5,081 bases of DNA from a virus, in the IMG/VR virus record IMGVR_UViG_3300029749_000221, positions 1 through 5,081 of that record. One strand, given 5' to 3'. Made by a program: the position numbers and the translations under genes. Below, in pieces: positions 1-4,899 of the stretch. The notes under the pieces were generated by a model. It saw only the letters and a program-made list of their open reading frames with translations, searched no databases and had not been told where the DNA came from. Every line of letters starts with the position of its first letter. The first letter of the stretch is position 1.

Positions 1-85
1 AAAACGGATTTGACCTCCGTTATTCGATGTCGCGAAAGGTGGTGACGAAGTGAAAAAGAAACTGCGTTGTTTTGTTAATCGCTTC
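1..85. repeat. Terminal direct repeat, copy 1 (circular-genome overlap; unit length 4,996 nt)
   Basis: Positions 1-85 align base for base with 4997-5081 at an offset of 4996. The only difference is A8 versus T5004. The repeat contains the RBS and first 12 codons of the 50..1228 CDS, so it is a wrap-around of the same molecule, not an att site. Confidence 0.9.
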
Positions 86-1228
86 GCCGCCTTTGTCGCG
101 GCTATGATGCTTTCTTTTTCTCTTCCTGTTTCGGCTCTGGCTTCTTCTGATACTGTAGCTGATATGCCCTCTCTGGATGATTTTTATAGTCATCATGGTT
201 CTTGGTTTGTTTGGCGTAATATTAGAGTTAATAGCGTTGATTATGTTGAGCTTCTTTGTTCTCCTATCTCCGTTTCTGGTAATTCTTATTCTTTGCCGTA
301 TTCTATTTCTTATTCTACTAACGCCTTTGAAGTAAATTATTTAGCAAATGATTCCGGAAAGTCGTATAGTTACGCTTGTGCTTTTCCTTATCCTCTTCGT
401 GGTGCTTCTGGTCTTTGGTCTGAATTGCCCTCTTTCCCTGTTGGCTCTGGCACTGATCATTCCACGAGTGTACTTCGTATTTATTCTACTTCTGCACAGT
501 CCTCAAATACTTATACTTTTTTAGCATCTGCTAGTACTTCTTCTGATCATCTTCTTTCTTTTGGTAATACTTCCGGTTCTTCTTCCGGTTCTTCTACAGA
601 TACATTAGATACTTTTACTTTTTCATCTCCTTTTTATTCTTATCCTTTTGCAATTCGTCAAACTACTTCTTCTTCTGCGAGTGGCTACGGTATAACAGGC
701 GGTGATACTCAATCTGTTATTCCTCCTACTGAATTTTCGCGAAACCTGTATTCTGGTCTTGAAGCAACTTATCTTCTTTTGGGAACTTCAACTTTTATCC
801 CTTATCCTGTTGGGGCTACTATTCCTTCTTCTAACCTTGGATTTGTTTGTGTTCAGAAACCAGCTTCTTCTCCTATTTATACCGCTTCTGCTTTTAATAC
901 TACTGGGTCATTTGCTTTCTCTCTCCTTGTTCCTGTTTCTCGTCTTCCTGACGTTAAGCTTGGTGACTGGCTCTCTGACTCTCCCGAGGATTTGCAGGAT
1001 GCTATTACTAGTCAATTTGGTATTGATTCTGGAACTCTTCAAAATTCCAAGGATAACTTGAATTCTTGGAATTCTACTTCTTCCGTTGAAACTGATGTTG
1101 CCTCGACTTCTATTTCTGTACTAAATGCCATGTTTCAGAATCTTGGCGGCTTCCTTTTCATTATTTCGCTCATGGTCTTTGGTGCCGTTGTGCTCCGTAT
1201 GTTTATACGAAAGGCGGTTGACGGATGA
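50..1228 (+). CDS. pIII-like minor coat / adsorption protein (secreted, C-terminal membrane anchor), 392 aa
   Basis: GTG start at 50, preceded by the extended SD AAAGGTGGTGA (35-45). N-terminal Sec signal peptide: MKKKLR, hydrophobic core, then PVSALA/SS. Ser/Thr-rich body with a low-complexity linker, GNTSGSSSGSSTD. C-terminal TM plus basic tail, GGFLFIISLMVFGAVVLRMFIRKAVDG, as in Ff g3p. Strong NNT codon bias. It is the largest structural ORF in an inovirus-like gene set. Confidence 0.8.
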   Translation: MKKKLRCFVNRFAAFVAAMMLSFSLPVSALASSDTVADMPSLDDFYSHHGSWFVWRNIRVNSVDYVELLCSPISVSGNSYSLPYSISYSTNAFEVNYLANDSGKSYSYACAFPYPLRGASGLWSELPSFPVGSGTDHSTSVLRIYSTSAQSSNTYTFLASASTSSDHLLSFGNTSGSSSGSSTDTLDTFTFSSPFYSYPFAIRQTTSSSASGYGITGGDTQSVIPPTEFSRNLYSGLEATYLLLGTSTFIPYPVGATIPSSNLGFVCVQKPASSPIYTASAFNTTGSFAFSLLVPVSRLPDVKLGDWLSDSPEDLQDAITSQFGIDSGTLQNSKDNLNSWNSTSSVETDVASTSISVLNAMFQNLGGFLFIISLMVFGAVVLRMFIRKAVDG

Positions 1229-1356
1229 CTTTTATTGACTTTTTCAAGCAGGTCTTTGGCTTGCTCGGTTCCGGTGGTGCTCTCGTTATCGCCGTTGTCG
1301 TTTTTCTCGTTGCCCTCGGTATCTATAAATTTGTAAAGGATTGGTTGCCGTGGTAG
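1225..1356 (+). CDS. Small single-TM coat-like protein, 43 aa (major coat protein candidate A)
   Basis: Not in the ORF track. ATG 1225 overlaps the upstream stop (ATGA), with AAAGG at 1210-1214. Product: MTFIDFFKQVFGLLGSGGALVIAVVVFLVALGIYKFVKDWLPW. The GGA-hydrophobic-LGIYKFVK pattern resembles, from memory, the TM and basic C-terminus of M13 pVIII (IGIKLFKKF) and Pf3 coat (GGAIIVLAAVVLGIRWIK). Like the Pf3 coat it has no signal peptide. Confidence 0.65.
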   Translation: MTFIDFFKQVFGLLGSGGALVIAVVVFLVALGIYKFVKDWLPW

Positions 1357-1517
1357 ATTTTGTTTCGACTCTCGGTGTTGTAACATCGTTTATCGCCAAT
1401 GTACTAAATCTTTCGTTTTTCGGCTTCGGTACCTTTGGTAACTTTGTTCTTGTCTGTCTCTTGCTTTCGCTTGTTGGCTTTGTTCTCCGTGGCCTTTGGG
1501 ATGGAGGTGATAAATAA
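1350..1517 (+). CDS. Small hydrophobic membrane protein, 55 aa (two hydrophobic segments; pVI-like or other minor virion/assembly protein)
   Basis: Not in the ORF track. GTG 1350 overlaps the previous stop (GTGGTAG), with AAAGGA at 1335-1340, 9 nt upstream. It is the only + frame open across 1357-1516. Its TAA overlaps the next ATG (TAATG at 1515-1519). Product: MVDFVSTLGVVTSFIANVLNLSFFGFGTFGNFVLVCLLLSLVGFVLRGLWDGGDK. NNT codon bias. Confidence 0.55.
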   Translation: MVDFVSTLGVVTSFIANVLNLSFFGFGTFGNFVLVCLLLSLVGFVLRGLWDGGDK

Positions 1518-2131
1518 TGGAAGTTCCTGTTGTCGTTGAAACTTTTATTGATGATGTTTCCGGTGTCACTTATTATCGTGTTCGGTATTCGGATGGTCGT
1601 CTTGAGGATATGACCCAACAGCAGTTTGAATATCTCAAGGCTTCTTCTGAGGCCATTGCCGATTTGGATGCTAATGAATCTACTACGGTTCAGCCGGAAG
1701 AGCCTCCGGCACCTGCTGAGCCTGTGCAGGACCTCACTGAAAGTCCCGACCTCCGAGAAGGCTATGTCCCTCAGGAAGAAGAGTTGCCTTTTGAAGGGAG
1801 CTTGACTGCTTATGATGACCGTGCCGCAGATACTCCGGCTTTGTATTCTAATCTCCCTGCTGTCTCTAATAGCTTCACTGCTATTATGGATTGGTTCGGT
1901 GATACGTTTTTCATCGAACGTACTGAGACGGTTCACAAGTCCGGCTATACGTCTGAAAGGTACTCCTATAACAGTTCGACTCAACTTATTCAACTCCCCT
2001 ACGAGGAGGATTGCACTACTACTTCTCAGGTTCTCAACCCGCAGGCTTGCGTTTCTGCTTTGCTTGTTGTCCTTGTCTTCGTTACTACTGTTACATGGAT
2101 TAAAAACGCGATTTGGGGGCGTATGAGTTAA
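1517..2131 (+). CDS. Acidic, C-terminally anchored protein of unknown function, 204 aa (possible second minor coat or host-interaction protein)
   Basis: ATG 1517, with the strong SD GGAGGTGA (1503-1510) 6 nt upstream. No signal peptide. Acidic N-terminal part, Pro/Glu-rich linker QPEEPPAPAEPVQD, and a single C-terminal TM with basic tail, ACVSALLVVLVFVTTVTWIKNAIWGRMS. Confidence 0.85.
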   Translation: MEVPVVVETFIDDVSGVTYYRVRYSDGRLEDMTQQQFEYLKASSEAIADLDANESTTVQPEEPPAPAEPVQDLTESPDLREGYVPQEEELPFEGSLTAYDDRAADTPALYSNLPAVSNSFTAIMDWFGDTFFIERTETVHKSGYTSERYSYNSSTQLIQLPYEEDCTTTSQVLNPQACVSALLVVLVFVTTVTWIKNAIWGRMS

Positions 2132-2244
2132 TGGAAATTCTACCTATTCAGTATTGTTTCAGCATTTTCTCTATCCCAGAAATTGGCTATTTCATTGTAT
2201 TTGCTGGTGTTTTTTCTTTGTTGGTTCTTCTGTTGCGTCCGTGA
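2131..2244 (+). CDS. Tiny hydrophobic protein, 37 aa (similar in size to pVII/pIX tip proteins)
   Basis: Not in the ORF track. ATG 2131 overlaps the upstream TAA (TAATG). Product: MEILPIQYCFSIFSIPEIGYFIVFAGVFSLLVLLLRP. Size and hydrophobicity are comparable to the Ff 32-33-aa tip proteins. There is no strong SD, so translation would depend on coupling. Confidence 0.5.
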   Translation: MEILPIQYCFSIFSIPEIGYFIVFAGVFSLLVLLLRP

Positions 2245-2273
2245 CAGGTTCCATAAAATTTTTTGAAAGGGTG

Positions 2274-2303
2274 ATGACTTCAGACTTCTCCTACTTCTAT
2301 CAT
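2274..2303 (+). promoter_or_regulatory. Candidate internal sigma70-like promoter upstream of the 42-aa coat-like ORF
   Basis: aTGACt (2274-2279), an 18-nt spacer, then TATcAT (2298-2303). It lies in the only apparently non-coding gap (2245-2343) of the structural block. Weak; pattern match only. Confidence 0.25.
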
Positions 2304-2343
2304 TGGCACACTGCTTTCTCAGGTCGGCGAATTTTTTACTCAA

Positions 2344-2472
2344 ATGATTACTTGGATGGGTCAGCTGATTGATTTCTACGAGGAGCAGCCTATTCTCCTT
2401 GTTTTTGTCATTCTGATGATTGCAAGTGTCGTGCTTCGTCTTCTGCGACGCTGGATTCCTGGACGTTCCTAA
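2344..2472 (+). CDS. Small single-TM protein, 42 aa, with acidic N-terminus and Arg-rich C-terminus (major coat protein candidate B)
   Basis: Not in the ORF track. Product: MITWMGQLIDFYEEQPILLVFVILMIASVVLRLLRRWIPGRS. It has the classic acidic / hydrophobic / basic layout of inovirus major coat proteins. The strongest terminator in the genome follows it, as it follows gene VIII in Ff. Caveats: there is no SD before ATG 2344, and the frame is open from 2278, so the start is uncertain. Confidence 0.45.
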   Translation: MITWMGQLIDFYEEQPILLVFVILMIASVVLRLLRRWIPGRS

Positions 2473-2479
2473 ACGCTGA

Positions 2480-2529
2480 GAGAAAACGCCGCCGACCAAT
2501 TTTGGTGGTCGGCGGCGTTTTCTCGTTTT
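2480..2529 (+). terminator. Rho-independent terminator (19-bp perfect stem plus T-run); possible dual role as an ssDNA hairpin signal
   Basis: GAGAAAACGCCGCCGACCA (2480-2498) pairs perfectly with TGGTCGGCGGCGTTTTCTC (2506-2524). The loop is ATTTTGG, followed by GTTTT (2525-2529). It sits 8 nt after the stop at 2470-2472 and directly abuts the zot-like ORF. Confidence 0.85.
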
Positions 2530-2547
2530 ATGAAAGGATTATATGCT

Positions 2548-3171
2548 ATGCTTTATGGTATTCTCATCTTTTGTATTTGCTGGCTTTTTGTATATATCGA
2601 TAATTATTGCAAAAATTCCTACAAATTGGAAGCTGTTGTTGGTTCTAAAGGCTCTGGTAAGTCTCTGTATATGTCTCGCGTTGCTGATAAGTGGCTTCGT
2701 TCTAATAAGGGGCTTATCTATTCTAATATGGGGATCGGTTATGATTTAGAGCCTGAATACTGGAACCAGAACTTTCTTCCTGATTCCCTTATTCTTATCG
2801 ATGAGATTGGCGTCCTGCACTCTAATCGTGATTTTAAATCTATGCCCCGTGAAGCAGTTGAATTTTTTAAGATGCAACGTAAATATCATCTGACTATTAT
2901 TGTATCGTCTCAGACTATGGACTTTGATAAAAAGATTCGTGACCTCTGCGACCGCATTTATCTCTGTAATCGGATTGGCTGGTTCTGTCGCCTTACTCCT
3001 TATCGCTCTTGCATTGCTATGGAACATCGCCCCGAGGGTGGCCAAGAGCTGGTTAACACGGTGCGCAAGGCAGGCCGGGCACGGTGGTATACTATTCCCA
3101 AGTCCGTTAAGCAGGTAAGCGCTTTAGAATACGATACAGAGCAGGTTATTAGCAAAACCCCCTCGAAGTAA
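2548..3171 (+). CDS. Zot / gene-I-like P-loop NTPase (filamentous phage assembly ATPase), 207 aa from ATG 2548
   Basis: Walker A GSKGSGKS. Walker B SLILIDEIG. A downstream QRKYHLTIIVSSQ block resembles the Zot-family HRH..D.I..TQ motif as I recall it. N-terminal hydrophobic segment LYGILIFCICWLFVYI. ATG 2548 has AAAGGA (2533-2538) 9 nt upstream. The in-frame ATG at 2530 used by the ORF track abuts the terminator T-run and has no SD. Confidence 0.9.
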   Translation: MLYGILIFCICWLFVYIDNYCKNSYKLEAVVGSKGSGKSLYMSRVADKWLRSNKGLIYSNMGIGYDLEPEYWNQNFLPDSLILIDEIGVLHSNRDFKSMPREAVEFFKMQRKYHLTIIVSSQTMDFDKKIRDLCDRIYLCNRIGWFCRLTPYRSCIAMEHRPEGGQELVNTVRKAGRARWYTIPKSVKQVSALEYDTEQVISKTPSK

Positions 3172-3182
3172 AAAAAAAAGTT

Positions 3183-3223
3183 CTCTCCGTGCCCCCGTAG
3201 GGGGTCAGGGGAGTTCTTTTTTT
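3183..3223 (+). terminator. Rho-independent terminator after the zot-like gene (A10 / hairpin / T7, potentially bidirectional)
   Basis: Lower stem CTCTCC (3183-3188) pairs with GGGGAG (3208-3213), including one T-G wobble. Upper stem CCCCC (3192-3196) pairs with GGGGG (3200-3204), with a GTA loop. T7 at 3217-3223, and an A10 run at 3170-3179 on the 5' side. Confidence 0.7.
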
Positions 3224-3363
3224 ACCGGAGTACTCCCGACGTTTAGTCACGCGATAGCGTCTCCACCGCGTCCCCCGTCCCCCGCAAGGGCAAAGCCCTT
3301 GCCCTTCCAATACAGGCTGGTATGGGCTTTCGATATGTAGTGACTGCCGTGACGGCGGGAGCC
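3224..3363 (+). other. GC-rich structured intergenic region (candidate plus/minus-strand origins and packaging signal)
   Basis: No credible ORF. Composition switches from T-rich to GC-rich. Elements seen:
- 10-bp palindrome GGAGTACTCC (3227-3236);
- hairpin ACGC-GATA-GCGT (3249-3260);
- CCCCCGT / CCCCCGT / CCCCCGC (3192-3198, 3272-3278, 3279-3285);
- perfect 8-bp hairpin GCAAGGGC-AAA-GCCCTTGC (3284-3302) followed by a tandem GCCCTT;
- hairpin 3344-3358.
It lies immediately upstream of rep, as the origin region does in Ff phages. Confidence 0.6.
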
Positions 3364-3396
3364 GGTGGGCGTTCTTGTAATACGCCCACCTTTTTT
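3364..3396 (+). terminator. Hairpin plus T6 (terminator-like insulator in front of the rep promoter, or an origin hairpin)
   Basis: GGTGGGCGT (3364-3372) pairs with ACGCCCACC (3382-3390): 9 bp with a 9-nt loop, followed by TTTTTT (3391-3396). Confidence 0.55.
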
Positions 3397-3405
3397 AAAT
3401 TTCTC

Positions 3406-3434
3406 TTGACAATGTATTCATACTATGGTAACAT
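3406..3434 (+). promoter_or_regulatory. Sigma70/SigA-type promoter for the rep-ssb operon (extended -10)
   Basis: The -35 is TTGACA (3406-3411), followed by a 17-nt spacer. TG at 3426-3427 precedes the -10 TAACAT (3429-3434), giving TGnTAACAT. Predicted transcription start is near 3441. Confidence 0.65.
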
Positions 3435-3466
3435 TTAGCCATGGAAATGAAAGGTGGTTTTTTCAC

Positions 3467-4603
3467 ATGAAAACGGTTGTAAAACTTGATTACGCAACAT
3501 TTGCTTTTGAACAGGGTTCAATCTCTATTCCCAAAATTGAAGATGCTCTTGCTCAGTGTGATATGCACTTTGTGCAGACTTCTAACGCAAGTGAGAATTC
3601 CCCCTTTAATTCCCCTGCGGGACTTTTTTATAAGCCGAACAACGGCGCGAAACAGTCTCCGCACTCTTTGCAAGTGTCTGGCTATGGTTGTGAGCTTTTC
3701 CGCTCTAGCTTGCCGCGACTAGCGTCGCTGATGCAGGATGGTCACGAATTCGGCCATTTTTCCCGTCTCGACTTTTGCTTCGATGTTGTTATGACAAAAT
3801 TACAGTGGCGCGCGTTTTATTTGGGTGTTATTTCTGCTTCTGTTGATGATATGAACAATCCAGAAAAAGCTCGTAAGTTTCGCAAGTACATGTATCAGGG
3901 CTATGGTGATTCTACTACTGTCTATATCGGTCGTAGAAGGTCTTCTGCGGTTTTCTGCCGCATTTATAATAAGTCTTTACAAGATCCTGAACAAAAGCTT
4001 TGTTTGGCTTCTGGTGAGCTTCTGGAGTGCCCCGTTGATTCTTATATCATCCGTTATGAGATTGAGTTGAAGTTTGCTTCTCGTGTGCGTGCTGGTTCTC
4101 GTTCCGTTTATGATCCCTCTCCGCTTTTCTGGTTTTACTATGAAGAGCCTGATAAGCTCTTTGCCTATCTCCGTAAGGTATGGAACCGCTACGGAAATGA
4201 AACTCTTCTTCCCGATGGTTGGGAAGATATGGAATTTATCACAGACCTCGAAGCTCGTCGCATTTCCTTTACTAAGGACTTATCGCATCCCCTTAGTGAT
4301 GACCTCGCTTTAAAGTTTTCCGTTTCTATCCATAACGATGAACAAAAAATGTCTTATGTTGCTAATGTCTTTGGACACCGGATTATTGATATACTTCTTT
4401 ATCGTCCTGAGTTTCTCTTCCTCGCTTGTTGTAAGTGGGAGCAGTTTTATAATGAACGTCTTTCTTTCTCCCCTCTGGCGCTGACACAAGAAGTTTCACA
4501 ATTCTCTGAATCTTCCCGCATTGCTTCTGAAGAATTTCATGAAGTTGCTGATGACCCCTCTTTCTTTAGTGAAGTCGGGTTTGATGATATATCTTTATTC
4601 TGA
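3467..4603 (+). CDS. Rolling-circle replication initiation protein, Rep_trans / pT181 RepC-RepD / RstA-like, 378 aa from ATG 3467
   Basis: N-terminal KLDYATFAF. FCRIYNK and IIRYEIELK match the RIYNKK and WRVEIELK blocks I recall from staphylococcal RepC/RepD. SD AAGGTGG (3451-3457) lies 9 nt before ATG 3467. The track start at 3425 sits inside the promoter (it overlaps the extended -10 TG), so it would not be on the transcript. Confidence 0.85.
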   Translation: MKTVVKLDYATFAFEQGSISIPKIEDALAQCDMHFVQTSNASENSPFNSPAGLFYKPNNGAKQSPHSLQVSGYGCELFRSSLPRLASLMQDGHEFGHFSRLDFCFDVVMTKLQWRAFYLGVISASVDDMNNPEKARKFRKYMYQGYGDSTTVYIGRRRSSAVFCRIYNKSLQDPEQKLCLASGELLECPVDSYIIRYEIELKFASRVRAGSRSVYDPSPLFWFYYEEPDKLFAYLRKVWNRYGNETLLPDGWEDMEFITDLEARRISFTKDLSHPLSDDLALKFSVSIHNDEQKMSYVANVFGHRIIDILLYRPEFLFLACCKWEQFYNERLSFSPLALTQEVSQFSESSRIASEEFHEVADDPSFFSEVGFDDISLF

Positions 4604-4621
4604 TGAAAGGATGGTTGCTCT

Positions 4622-4864
4622 ATGAAAGTTACTGTAGTTGGTAAGTCCCGCCGCACTGGCACTTCTAAACAGGGCAAAAACTATGATTTTACTATTCTCA
4701 TGGCCGAATATTCGATGCGTGCAAATGATGACAATGACGGTGTTCGGGTTGATAGAATCAATGTTGACGCTCGCATGATGCCCTATGCGCTTATTGTTGT
4801 CGGCTCTACTTATGAGCTTGATTTTGACCCCAACGGATATCTTCTCGGAATTGAGGAAATTTAA
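4622..4864 (+). CDS. Gene-V-like ssDNA-binding protein, 80 aa
   Basis: It directly follows rep, as gene V does in Ff. Its size is close to the 87-aa Ff protein. RRTGTSKQGKNYDF resembles M13 g5p TRSGVSRQGKPYSL (from memory). SD GAAAGGA at 4605-4611. Confidence 0.75.
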   Translation: MKVTVVGKSRRTGTSKQGKNYDFTILMAEYSMRANDDNDGVRVDRINVDARMMPYALIVVGSTYELDFDPNGYLLGIEEI

Positions 4865-4899
4865 TTTCCTTTGTTCAAACTATATTTCATTTCCTATGG

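Noticed and set aside
702-1061. Alternative-frame + strand ORFs inside larger genes: 702..1061, 1812..2126, 2543..2749, 2900..3118, 3486..3722, 4074..4313 and 4785..5009.
   Set aside because: Their Leu/Phe/Cys-rich translations are what a T-rich sequence gives when read out of frame. Each is nested in a longer ORF with recognisable motifs or an RBS. The ORF at 4785..5009 would also run through the tRNA.
1286-1993. A 235-aa ORF on the minus strand, and the other minus-strand ORFs at 1135..1386, 2140..2499 and 2746..3045.
   Set aside because: They lie fully antisense to well-supported + strand genes. Their translations are Arg/Ser/Asn-rich low-complexity sequence, as expected from the complement of NNT-biased codons. 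They have no convincing RBS. Inovirus genomes are transcribed from one strand.
2154-2372. A 72-aa TTG-start ORF from the track, and its internal ATG at 2274 (32 aa).
   Set aside because: Its Cys/Trp/His/Phe-rich translation looks out of frame. It overlaps the better-placed, coupled 37-aa ORF (2131..2244). The SD-like GAAAGGG lies only 2-3 nt from ATG 2274. It is kept only as a remote frameshift possibility in the findings.
2530-2547. ATG 2530 as the start of the zot-like gene.
   Set aside because: It directly abuts the terminator T-run and has no SD. The in-frame ATG 2548 has AAAGGA 9 nt upstream. It cannot be excluded without experimental data.
3322-3438. A 38-aa ORF (MGFRYVVTAV...) within the intergenic region.
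   Set aside because: It runs through three hairpins, the T-run and the rep promoter. It has a weak RBS, and its composition is unlike the other genes.
3425-3466. An N-terminal extension of Rep from the track start ATG at 3425.
   Set aside because: This ATG lies between the -35 and -10 of the best promoter in the window; its TG is the extended -10 TG. It has no SD. ATG 3467 has AAGGTGG at a 9-nt spacing.
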